Below, piece after piece: positions 48,819 through 57,527 of a stretch of 64,000 nt of DNA. The notes beneath the pieces were generated by a model. It was not told where the DNA came from and made no database searches. It worked only from the letters and a program-made list of their open reading frames with translations. Both the position numbers and the translations under genes were made by a program. The stretch is from positions 14,025-78,024 of the forward strand of contig JAECQP010000009.1 of assembly GCA_015999745.1 (NCBI GenBank), written 5' to 3'. The stretch is from Sphingobacteriia bacterium. GTDB taxonomy: Bacteria > Bacteroidota > Bacteroidia > Chitinophagales > Chitinophagaceae. Position 1 is the first letter of the stretch. Every line of letters starts with the position of its first letter.

Positions 48819-49003
48819 GCTTCCAAAGATAAAAAAAGCAAAACCGCTCCGGCCGGGTTTTGGGATTAATGGCAAATTCCGCCCCAATTCGGCACAAAAT
48901 AATGTTTTAAACTGCTGAACCATCCTTTTTATCGTATGTTCTACGGTTAAACGGGTGATTTTCAACCCCCAAAACCGTACTTTTACACTCTAAACAAGCA
49001 TGC

Positions 49004-50938
49004 ATGGAGTTTATTCCTGGACCATTGTTAAAAAAGATCAACAACCCGGACGACCTCAAAAAATTAGGCCGGGAGCAGCTACACCAGGTTTGCGATGAAC
49101 TGCGCCAGTACATCATTGATGTAGTGAGCGTTCATGGCGGACATTTTGCGGCCAGCCTGGGGGTAGTTGAACTGAGCGTAGCCCTGCATTATGTATACAA
49201 TACCCCTTACGACCAGTTGGTCTGGGACGTGGGGCACCAGGCATACGGACATAAAATACTGACCGGAAGAAGGGACAACTTTTCTACCAACAGAAAATAC
49301 AATGGCATCAGCGGCTTCCCGAAAAGATCGGAAAGCGAATACGATACTTTCGGCGTAGGGCACTCTTCCACATCCATTTCTGCCGCATTGGGCATGGCCA
49401 TGGCCGCCAAATACCGGGGGGAGAACAGAAAATCGGTTGCCGTGATCGGAGACGGCTCCATGACGGCCGGTATGGCTTTCGAAGCCATGAATCATGCCGG
49501 TGTTGCCGACAGCGATATCCTGATTATCCTCAACGACAACCAGATGAGCATCGACCAGAATGTAGGCGCCCTGAAAGAATACCTGACCGATATCAGCACG
49601 TCTCCCGCTTATAACAAACTGCGCGACGAAGTATGGAACCTGATGGGCAAGCTCCCGATCGGAAAGAACTTCAGCCGCGAAATGGCCAGCAAGCTGGAAG
49701 CCGGAATGAAGGGCGTGGTAAGCAAGAGCAGTAACCTGTTCGAAGCGCTCAAGCTGCGTTACTTCGGCCCTATTGACGGTCACAATATCACCAACCTGGT
49801 AGATACGCTCAAGGACCTGAAAGAAATGCCGGGCCCTAAGATCCTGCATATTGTTACGGTAAAAGGAAAGGGTTATGCGCTGGCGGAAAAAGACCAGACC
49901 AAGTGGCACGCACCCGGACTTTTTGATAAGGTAACCGGTGAAATTTTCAAGAAAAAAACAGATGTACCTCAACCACCCAAATACCAGGATGTATTTGGAC
50001 ATACCATGATTGAACTGGCGGAAGCCAACGACAAGGTCATGGGAGTTACACCTGCCATGCCCAGCGGTTCTTCACTGAAATTCATGATGGATAAGATGCC
50101 GCATCGTGCTTTTGATGTGGGTATTTGCGAACAACATGCGGTTACCGTGAGCGCCGGTATGGCCACACAGGGATTGCGGGTGTTCTGTAATATTTATTCT
50201 TCCTTCATGCAACGCGCCTACGACCAGGTGGTGCATGATGTGGCGATACAAAAACTGCCGGTGGTGTTTTGCCTGGACAGGGCCGGACTGGTGGGCGAGG
50301 ACGGGCCTACCCACCACGGCTGTTACGATATTGCGTACATGCGCTGCATCCCCAACATGGTGATCAGCGCCCCTATGAACGAGAAGGAACTGCGGAACCT
50401 GATGTTTACTGCACAGTTGGACAAAAACAGTTTTCCTTTTGTGATCCGTTATCCGAGAGGAGAAGGTATGATGCCCGAATGGAGAACCCCTTTTGAGGAG
50501 CTGCCCATCGGCAAGGGAAGAAAATTAAAAGATGGAAAAGAGGTAGCCATCCTGAGCTTTGGTCATCCGGGCAATTTTGCACAGGCTGCCATCCGCGAAC
50601 TCAGGACCCAGGGCATTGATCCCGCGCACTACGATTTGCGTTTTGTAAAACCCATAGACGAAGACCTGTTGCACGAAGCGTTCAGCAATTACAGCAAAAT
50701 CGTAACTGTTGAAGACGGAACTGTTACCGGTGGATTCGGGTCTGCTGTCCTCGAATTCATGAATGCCAACCAGTACAATGCCGAAGTGAAAATACTGGGT
50801 ATCCCCGACCGGCTGGTGGAACATGGAACACCGAAGGAACTGCACAGGGAATGCGCTTATGATGCACAGGGCATTGCCGATGCAGTACGCGAGCTGATGA
50901 AAGAAACAGTGAAAGTTCGTTCCGGGGTACTTGGGTAA
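49004..50938 (+). CDS. dxs: 1-deoxy-D-xylulose-5-phosphate synthase
   Basis: GGHFAASLGVVELSVALHYV, WDVGHQAYGHKILTGR, the TPP motif IGDGSMTAGMAFEAMN, and DVGICEQHAV. Confidence 0.95.
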   Translation: MEFIPGPLLKKINNPDDLKKLGREQLHQVCDELRQYIIDVVSVHGGHFAASLGVVELSVALHYVYNTPYDQLVWDVGHQAYGHKILTGRRDNFSTNRKYNGISGFPKRSESEYDTFGVGHSSTSISAALGMAMAAKYRGENRKSVAVIGDGSMTAGMAFEAMNHAGVADSDILIILNDNQMSIDQNVGALKEYLTDISTSPAYNKLRDEVWNLMGKLPIGKNFSREMASKLEAGMKGVVSKSSNLFEALKLRYFGPIDGHNITNLVDTLKDLKEMPGPKILHIVTVKGKGYALAEKDQTKWHAPGLFDKVTGEIFKKKTDVPQPPKYQDVFGHTMIELAEANDKVMGVTPAMPSGSSLKFMMDKMPHRAFDVGICEQHAVTVSAGMATQGLRVFCNIYSSFMQRAYDQVVHDVAIQKLPVVFCLDRAGLVGEDGPTHHGCYDIAYMRCIPNMVISAPMNEKELRNLMFTAQLDKNSFPFVIRYPRGEGMMPEWRTPFEELPIGKGRKLKDGKEVAILSFGHPGNFAQAAIRELRTQGIDPAHYDLRFVKPIDEDLLHEAFSNYSKIVTVEDGTVTGGFGSAVLEFMNANQYNAEVKILGIPDRLVEHGTPKELHRECAYDAQGIADAVRELMKETVKVRSGVLG

Positions 50939-50945
50939 GATACCA

Positions 50946-51812
50946 TCAGTTTGAATCTGCGGAATCTTCTCCGGAAGATGCTGCATTTTCAGTTAATCCC
51001 GGTTCTGCAGTTGTTTCTTCAAAATTGATTTCGTCGGGAATCCCTTCTTCTGCAATTTCCGCTTCACGGTTTTCATTCCACTCCACAATGAAATTATTCA
51101 TCCCCTGTCCCACCAGCAGTTTCATGTATCGCTGCTGAGACAATTCCAGCAGGGAGAGGAAGAAGAATAAGGCATGTATGCGGTCTTCGCACAGATCAAA
51201 TATTTTTTCAAAGGCCACTGCTTTTTCCCTGGCTACAAAGTCGAGCATATAATCCCGGCTTCCCTCCATGGTATAGTTGTAACGCACCACCGTATGAACC
51301 GGCTTGTTCTGTCGGTCGTGTACCCGCTGCATCACTTTCTCAAAAGCCTTCATCAGCTTAAACAGCGTGATGTTCTGTATTTCGGTTCCCTCAGATGCTT
51401 CCTCGCCTATTACTGCGATCTCTTTCTGCAGGTTACCCCGCTTCACCATCAGCATCCGTATGGCTTCCATTTCGGCCATTTGCACCGCAGCTTCCTTGAA
51501 TTTTTTGTACTCAAGGATTTTATCGATCAGTTCCTGCCTTGGATCAATTTCGTTCCCGGAAGCGTCCACTTCTTTGCGGGGCAACAACAGCCTTGCCTTA
51601 ATGCGCATCAGGGTAGATACAAAGAGAATGAACTCGCTGCTGAGTTCAATATTCAGTTTTTCCGAACTATGAATAAAGTCCAGAAAATCGTTGATGATTT
51701 TGGTGATCGGAATATTGTAAATATCCAACTCATCCCTTTCAATAAAGAACAGCAGGAGGTCAAAAGGTCCCTCAAACTGCTCCAGTTTAATCTGATAGTT
51801 AACTGTACTCAC
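50946..51812 (-). CDS. scpA: Segregation and condensation protein A
   Basis: LEQFEGPFDLLLFFIERDELDIYNIPITKI, with a typical ScpA N-terminus and length. Confidence 0.85.
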   Translation of the reverse strand: MSTVNYQIKLEQFEGPFDLLLFFIERDELDIYNIPITKIINDFLDFIHSSEKLNIELSSEFILFVSTLMRIKARLLLPRKEVDASGNEIDPRQELIDKILEYKKFKEAAVQMAEMEAIRMLMVKRGNLQKEIAVIGEEASEGTEIQNITLFKLMKAFEKVMQRVHDRQNKPVHTVVRYNYTMEGSRDYMLDFVAREKAVAFEKIFDLCEDRIHALFFFLSLLELSQQRYMKLLVGQGMNNFIVEWNENREAEIAEEGIPDEINFEETTAEPGLTENAASSGEDSADSN

Positions 51813-51843
51813 TGCACTGCTCGTTGATTGTTACAAAGAAACA

Positions 51844-51870
51844 GAAACAGGCTCTAAAAAAGCCTGTTTC
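51844..51870 (-). terminator. Rho-independent terminator downstream of mscL
   Basis: 10-bp stem GAAACAGGCT / AGCCTGTTTC with a 7-nt loop. On the minus strand a T-rich tract follows (tgtttctttg). Confidence 0.6.
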
Positions 51871-51910
51871 CTGAAATAGTTATCCACGTAAGCCCTTACC
51901 TGGCTACCGT

Positions 51911-52348
51911 TTATTTTTTGAGTGCATCCCTGATTTCCATCAGCAGGGCATCGGTACTGGATGGCCCTTTTTCTTCCGGAGCCGGAGCGGGTTCTTCGGC
52001 TTTTTTAAGCTTGTTGATGGCTTTGATGACCAGGAAAACAGCAAATGCCACAATAATGAAATCGATCAGGTTGGTTATAAATGTGCCGTATTTTACGGAT
52101 ACTTCGGTTACTTCGGGGGTAACAACAACCCCGGAAGCGTCTTTTACGGCGGCAACCGCATCCTGCAGCACCAGCTTTTTATCGTTAAAATCCACCCCGC
52201 CGGTCAGCATACCAACCAGTGGCATGACCATCCCATCCACAAAGGAGGAAACGATTTTCCCAAAAGAGGCTCCCATTACAAAGGCAACAGCCGTATCTAC
52301 CAGGTTGCCCCGTACCGCAAAGGCTTTGAATTCTTTTAACATTCCCAT
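51911..52348 (-). CDS. mscL: Large-conductance mechanosensitive channel
   Basis: MLKEFKAFAVRGNLVDTAVAFVMGASFGKIVSSFVDGMVMP is the MscL signature. Confidence 0.9.
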   Translation of the reverse strand: MGMLKEFKAFAVRGNLVDTAVAFVMGASFGKIVSSFVDGMVMPLVGMLTGGVDFNDKKLVLQDAVAAVKDASGVVVTPEVTEVSVKYGTFITNLIDFIIVAFAVFLVIKAINKLKKAEEPAPAPEEKGPSSTDALLMEIRDALKK

Positions 52349-52376
52349 ATATGAGTTTTTAGATGATGAAAATAGC

Positions 52377-53123
52377 TTATTTCTTTAAACCGGGATAGTG
52401 CATGTTCAGGCTTTTCAGCAATTGATGCAGCTGACTGGCAACCAGGTATTCCTTGTACCAGTTCTGGTCGGAAGGTACGATTGTCCATGGCTGTACATTG
52501 CATTTATTGAAACAGTCTTCATACGCCTTCATATAGTCTTTCCAGAGCTTAGCCTCCTCAAAGTCCTTTTCATTATACTTCCACTGCTTACCCGGTTCTT
52601 TGATCCGTTCTTCGAGCCGCTGCCGCTGCTCTTCGGGAGATACATGCAGGTAAAATTTCAGGATCCGGGTATTGTTGTGCTGAACCAGCAGGTCTTCAAA
52701 ATTGTTGATGGCTTTCATTCTGGCGACAGCCAGCTTGTCATCGCACCATTTATGCACGCGGGTCACCACGATATCCTCGTAATGAGACCGGTTGAACAAC
52801 TGGATCATTCCTTTGGGAGGTGTATGCTGATGAATTCTCCACAAAAAATCGTGCGCACTTTCTTCGGGTGTGGGCACTTTGAAGGATTCCACCTGCACTC
52901 CCTGCGGGTTCAGCTTGCCAAATACATTTCTGATCAGGCCATCTTTACCGCTGGCATCCATCCCCTGAATCACCACCAGTACTGCATGCTTGGATTCGGC
53001 AAACAGCAGGTTCTGCAGTTCACCCAGTTCTTCCAGCAATACGGCTGTTTTTGCCCTGGTTTTTTCCTTACCCCATCCCTTAGGGGCTCTGGTGCTGATT
53101 TTGCTCAGAATAACGGCAGGCAT
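52377..53123 (-). CDS. ppk2: Polyphosphate kinase 2 family (polyphosphate:nucleotide phosphotransferase), single-domain
   Basis: Walker A-like IQGMDASGKDG, then FLWRIHQHTPPKGMIQLFNRSHYEDIVV. Confidence 0.85.
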   Translation of the reverse strand: MPAVILSKISTRAPKGWGKEKTRAKTAVLLEELGELQNLLFAESKHAVLVVIQGMDASGKDGLIRNVFGKLNPQGVQVESFKVPTPEESAHDFLWRIHQHTPPKGMIQLFNRSHYEDIVVTRVHKWCDDKLAVARMKAINNFEDLLVQHNNTRILKFYLHVSPEEQRQRLEERIKEPGKQWKYNEKDFEEAKLWKDYMKAYEDCFNKCNVQPWTIVPSDQNWYKEYLVASQLHQLLKSLNMHYPGLKK

Positions 53124-53192
53124 GGTGAATGGTTTTCCTAAAAGTATTCATTTGCCCGCTTAAAAAATTGCATCTTTGAAGAAATATTTCCT

Positions 53193-54059
53193 GTGGGTGG
53201 TAAATTAGTGAACTGGCTTATTTTCCTAAGCCTTTGTTTGATCTGGGGCAGCTCTTTTATTCTGATGAAAAGTGGTATGAATACGCTGAGCCCATACCAG
53301 GTAGCGTCTATCCGCCTGATCAGCTCCGGGGTTGTACTGCTGCCCTTTGCGCTGAAAGCTTTCCGGGTAATTCCGGCGCTTAAAAGGGGGCCGGTGATCT
53401 TGTCCGGATTACTTGGCAGCTTTTTCCCCGCCTATCTGTTTTGTATTGCCGAAACCAAAATCGACAGCGCCCTGGCCGGGATCCTCAATGCACTCACTCC
53501 CTTATTTGTAATTATAACCGGCGTTGCATTTTTTCAGCTTAGGATTAACATGCAGCAATTGCTGGGAATGCTGATCGGCTTTATCGGGCTATGCCTGCTG
53601 GTGGCCGCCGGAAACAATATCAGTCTTGCCTATTTCGGCTATGCCCTGCTCGTTCTGCTGGCTACCCTTTTTTATGGGATCAACGTGAATGTAGTAGGCA
53701 AATACCTGCATGGAGTGGGGTCATTGGAAATTGCTTCCATGGCATTTGTGTTTCTGATTATCCCCTGTATGCTGATACTTTATTTCACCGGTTATTTTTC
53801 CCTGCCGCTGGGCAACAGCGCATATATCCAATCTACACTGGCATCTTCCGTATTGGGTATTTTTGGAACTGCAGTAGCTTCCACGCTTTTCTACATGCTG
53901 GTTAAAAGAGCGGGAACCCTGTTTGCATCCACAGTTACCTATGGAATCCCCTTTGTAGCCATTGGCTGGGGCATTTGGCACGGTGAACAGGTAAACCTGC
54001 TGCAGGTTTTATGTTTGGGAGTAATCTTGTGTGGCGTATACCTGGTGAATAAAAAATAA
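53193..54059 (+). CDS. DMT-superfamily (EamA-type) transporter
   Basis: 288 aa with about 10 TM segments in two EamA-like halves. The start is a GTG and is uncertain. Confidence 0.7.
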   Translation: MGGKLVNWLIFLSLCLIWGSSFILMKSGMNTLSPYQVASIRLISSGVVLLPFALKAFRVIPALKRGPVILSGLLGSFFPAYLFCIAETKIDSALAGILNALTPLFVIITGVAFFQLRINMQQLLGMLIGFIGLCLLVAAGNNISLAYFGYALLVLLATLFYGINVNVVGKYLHGVGSLEIASMAFVFLIIPCMLILYFTGYFSLPLGNSAYIQSTLASSVLGIFGTAVASTLFYMLVKRAGTLFASTVTYGIPFVAIGWGIWHGEQVNLLQVLCLGVILCGVYLVNKK

Positions 54060-54623
54060 CTACACCGACATCATTTCCTTTTCCTTGGCAGCGAGGTGCT
54101 TGTCTACCAGCAGGATAAATTTATCGGTCACTTCCTGAATTTCTTTCTCCGCATCTTTGGCTGCATCTTCACTCAGACCGTCTTTCTGCAGTTTTTTTAC
54201 CTGCTCTATGGCATCCCTTCGGATATTTCTGATGGCCACTTTAGACTGTTCGCCTTCACCACCCGCTTTTTTCACCAGTTCTCGTCTTCTTTCCTCTGTG
54301 AGCGGGGGCATGAACAACCTGATCTGAACACCGTCGTTCTGTGGGGTAACACCAATATTGGCAGCCATAATAGACCGCTCAATAGCCTGCACCATATTCT
54401 TTTCCCAGGGTTGTATACTGATGGTTCTTGCATCCAGTACCGTAATATTGGCAACCTGGCTGATCGGCGTTGGCGCTCCGTAATACTCAACCGTCAATCC
54501 TTCGAGCATGGAAGGGCTGGCTTTACCGGCACGGATTTTTACCAATTCGGCCTCCAGGTGCTGAATACCTTTCTGCATACTGTCTTTCGCATCTTCTAAT
54601 ATCAAATTCAAATCTTCGGTCAT
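54060..54623 (-). CDS. frr: Ribosome recycling factor
   Basis: HLEAELVKIRAGKASPSMLEGLTVEYYGAPTPISQVANI...PPLTEERRRELVK...IRNIRRDA. Confidence 0.95.
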   Translation of the reverse strand: MTEDLNLILEDAKDSMQKGIQHLEAELVKIRAGKASPSMLEGLTVEYYGAPTPISQVANITVLDARTISIQPWEKNMVQAIERSIMAANIGVTPQNDGVQIRLFMPPLTEERRRELVKKAGGEGEQSKVAIRNIRRDAIEQVKKLQKDGLSEDAAKDAEKEIQEVTDKFILLVDKHLAAKEKEMMSV

Positions 54624-54778
54624 ATTACCCCTATTAAAGTGCCGCTAAATTAATAAATCATTTGAAAAATCGGTCACAAACAAAAATGCCTCCGTTCCGG
54701 GAGCATTGAGCAATGTCTTTTAGTCGTGACGCCGCTTTGGCCTGGCCGGACCTGATGGCAGATGAAGCCAGCACCGGC

Positions 54779-54794
54779 AGAATACCGGTATTCT
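54779..54794. repeat. Perfect 16-bp palindrome AGAATACCGGTATTCT in the frr/tkt divergent spacer
   Basis: Read directly from the sequence: the arms AGAATACC and GGTATTCT are exact reverse complements. Confidence 0.6.
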
Positions 54795-54998
54795 CTGCGG
54801 TATTGATGAAGTGAATTACGGGAATGGCACCAGATTGAGATTGTAAAATTAGTCAGGGGTATGAAAACAGTTTTTTTATTGAAATGCAAGCCTGTAGCAG
54901 GTTACCTTAATTTTAAGTGGCAGAGCAGGTGTAAGTTTCCTGTATTTTCTGCGCTTTTGCTTTTATCTTCGCAGCACAATTTGAAATATCCAGCAATT

Positions 54999-55841
54999 AT
55001 GGCAAGCATTACCGATCTGAAAAACATATCCAGTCAAGTCCGCAGAGACATCGTTAGAATGGTTCACGCAGTGCAAAGCGGCCACCCGGGCGGTTCCCTG
55101 GGCTGTGCAGATTACGTTACCGCATTGTATTTCCATGCAATGAAGCATAGTACCGATTTTTCCATGGACGGTAAACAGGAAGACCTGTTTTTTCTTTCAA
55201 ACGGCCATGTTTCGCCTCTTTTTTACTCCATATTAGCCCGTGCAGGTTATTTTGATGTAAAAGAACTGGCTACTTTCAGGAAACTGAATACCCGCCTCCA
55301 GGGACACCCAACCACCCACGAGCACCTGCCCGGTGTGAGAATCGCCAGCGGTTCTCTCGGACAGGGATTGAGCGTAGCCATTGGAGCCGCCCTTACCAAA
55401 AAACTGAACAAGGATCCGCATCTGGCTTTTTCACTGCACGGAGATGGTGAACTACAGGAAGGCCAGATCTGGGAAGCGGTTCTTTTTGCAGCCCACAACA
55501 AAGTAGACAACCTGATTGCTGCTGTAGACGTAAACGGTCAACAGATCGACGGTCCGACCAGTAAGGTATTGAACCTGGATAGCCTTCGCGCAAAATTTGA
55601 AGCCTTCAACTGGACGGTACTGGACATGGCCGGCAACGACATGGATAATATTGTGGCTGTACTGGATAAAGCCAAGTCAATGACCGGCCAGGGAAAACCC
55701 ATCTGCATTTTGATGAAAACAGAAATGGGCAAGGGTGTCGATTTCATGGAAGGAAGCCATGAATGGCACGGTATTGCTCCAAACGACGAGCAACTGGCCA
55801 GGGCCCTGGCTCAACTGCCTGAAACGCTGGGTGATTATTAA
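54999..55841 (+). CDS. Transketolase, N-terminal (TPP-binding) subunit of a split enzyme
   Basis: SGHPGGSLGCADYVTALYF, SNGHVSPLFYS, SGSLGQGLSVAIG, GDGELQEGQIWEA. The 281-aa length ends where the Pyr domain would start. Start at the ATG 54999. Confidence 0.85.
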   Translation: MASITDLKNISSQVRRDIVRMVHAVQSGHPGGSLGCADYVTALYFHAMKHSTDFSMDGKQEDLFFLSNGHVSPLFYSILARAGYFDVKELATFRKLNTRLQGHPTTHEHLPGVRIASGSLGQGLSVAIGAALTKKLNKDPHLAFSLHGDGELQEGQIWEAVLFAAHNKVDNLIAAVDVNGQQIDGPTSKVLNLDSLRAKFEAFNWTVLDMAGNDMDNIVAVLDKAKSMTGQGKPICILMKTEMGKGVDFMEGSHEWHGIAPNDEQLARALAQLPETLGDY

Positions 55842-55852
55842 TCACGGCTCTA

Positions 55853-57064
55853 TTAACTCCTTAAGGAATAGGTTTTTGCGGCCGCTCTGCGGGAGGTAAC
55901 CCATGCTGCGCCAAAAGCAATCAGGGCTACTGTTGATACAACAAGCAGGTAATCCGTAACCGCAGACTTTACCGGGTAGTAATCAATGATAAACGTTGAA
56001 CCGCCCAGTTTGATAAGATGATATTTATCCTGTAACCAGCAGATAACGCCTGCCAGTATCAACCCAATTCCGGTTCCGATGGCAGCCAGCAATAAGCCTT
56101 CCAGCAGAAAGATCCGGTGGATCCGCAGATCGTCTGCGCCCATAGCCATTAATACCGCAATGTCTTTTTGCTTTTCCAGTACCAGCATAGAGAGCGCGCC
56201 AATCATATTGAAAGCAGCCACTACCAATATCAGGGAAAGTATGCCGTAGATCACCCATTTCTCCATCTGCATGATGGCATAGAGCGACTGGTTCTGTTCG
56301 TACCGGGTAAGCACTTTGCAGCCGGCGCCCATAATCTGCTGAAGCGCCTGCTGTGCTTCCTTTTCTTTGGCAGCCGCAGTGCGAATCTCAATGGCGCTGA
56401 ATTCACCGGGTTGCATATTCAGCATATACTTCAGAAAATCCAGGTTGGTGAATACGTATTTATTGTCGAAATCCTGCTGAATCACAAACGATCCGGCAGG
56501 GCTTACCGGAAAAGAATTCAGCCCGTCCAATGAATTAAGTGAAGATGCCTCCCGGTTGGGCACATACAATACCAGCGGCTCTATAGCCCTTGTTACATCT
56601 ATGCCTGCGGCATTTTCAATACCCGCACCCAGCACCGCGGAAGGATTTTCCTTTGTTCCCAGTTCAAAGCCGCCTCTCGTTACGTACTGCCCGATATTGT
56701 TCACCAGGTTGTAATGAGGCTCCACTCCCTTTACCGTAACAATCGTTTGATAGTTGCCCATCAAAAGGGCTTTTTCCTCTGCCACAAAACTGAAGGCTTT
56801 CACAGCGGACAGGGCCCTAATCTGTTTAATCTGGGTATCGCTGATATGAAATGCTTTGGCGCTGGCGGGAACCACTTTCACGGAAGCGTAGAAATCGCCG
56901 TACATGCTCTTGACCAGTTCTTCAAAGCCATTGAACACACTCAATATAATGATCAGGGCAGCCGTTCCCACCGCAATGGCAGTCACAGCTATCCAGGCAA
57001 TAATATTGATGGCGTTGGTAGACTTTTTTGAACGGAAATATCGCCAGGCGAATAAAAAGTTCAT
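55853..57064 (-). CDS. FtsX/LolC/LolE-type ABC transporter permease
   Basis: MNFLFAWRYFRSKKSTNAINIIAWIAVTAIAVGTAALI, a large periplasmic loop and a C-terminal FtsX 3-TM bundle. Confidence 0.8.
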   Translation of the reverse strand: MNFLFAWRYFRSKKSTNAINIIAWIAVTAIAVGTAALIIILSVFNGFEELVKSMYGDFYASVKVVPASAKAFHISDTQIKQIRALSAVKAFSFVAEEKALLMGNYQTIVTVKGVEPHYNLVNNIGQYVTRGGFELGTKENPSAVLGAGIENAAGIDVTRAIEPLVLYVPNREASSLNSLDGLNSFPVSPAGSFVIQQDFDNKYVFTNLDFLKYMLNMQPGEFSAIEIRTAAAKEKEAQQALQQIMGAGCKVLTRYEQNQSLYAIMQMEKWVIYGILSLILVVAAFNMIGALSMLVLEKQKDIAVLMAMGADDLRIHRIFLLEGLLLAAIGTGIGLILAGVICWLQDKYHLIKLGGSTFIIDYYPVKSAVTDYLLVVSTVALIAFGAAWVTSRRAAAKTYSLRS

Positions 57065-57086
57065 GAATGAATTTAAGAATAAAGCA

Positions 57087-57464
57087 CTAATCCTCCTTCG
57101 GGGGTTCTTCCGGCCCTGTATGCAGATTTTTCAGAATTTCTTCCATTTTAAATACATAATCGAGGGTGTCATCATTGTAGAAATGAATCACCGGAATACG
57201 ACGCAACTGGTGCTTCATTCTGTCGGCCAGTTCCTTTTTAATTTCCCAGGCCCTGGATTCAATCAGTTTCATGGTTGCCTTGGGGTCCTTTACCTGGAAC
57301 AGGCTCAGGTAAACCCTTGCTTCCAGCAGGTCCGGCGTAACCTTCACATTGGATATAGATACCATGCCCCCGTCGATCATCGTCAGATTAAGGTGGCGAA
57401 ATATTTCATTGAATTGTTCCTGTAAAGCTCCGGCTACCTGGCGCTGGCGTTTTCCTTCCTCCAT
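57087..57464 (-). CDS. rbfA: Ribosome-binding factor A
   Basis: RQRQVAGALQEQFNEIF...ISNVKVTPDLLEARVYLS...LRRIPVIHFYNDDT. Confidence 0.9.
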   Translation of the reverse strand: MEEGKRQRQVAGALQEQFNEIFRHLNLTMIDGGMVSISNVKVTPDLLEARVYLSLFQVKDPKATMKLIESRAWEIKKELADRMKHQLRRIPVIHFYNDDTLDYVFKMEEILKNLHTGPEEPPKED

Positions 57465-57527
57465 ATTCTACCTTTTATTGGGTGTAAAATTACTTACTTT
57501 GTGCTGTTTTCACCATTTAATTCCATT

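Noticed and set aside
52398-53141. 247-aa plus-strand ORF almost exactly mirroring ppk2; similar long antisense ORFs occur opposite dxs (49079-50002), katG (22854-23594), scpA (51174-51827) and the WG-repeat gene (8147-8836)
   Set aside because: In each case the sense gene has unambiguous family motifs, whereas the antisense translation is Arg/Cys/His/Gln/Phe-rich nonsense without motifs. This is the typical shadow-ORF effect of codon-biased genes.
54740-54800. Local resemblance to TPP-riboswitch P4/P5 (ACCTGATGGCAGATGAAGCCAGC) and to SRP-RNA domain IV on the other strand (TCAGGTCCGG)
   Set aside because: The other invariant parts are missing: there is no CUGAGA and no GCGnAGGGA for TPP, and no GGAA tetraloop context or matching 3' strand for SRP RNA. 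The partial matches lie on opposite strands.
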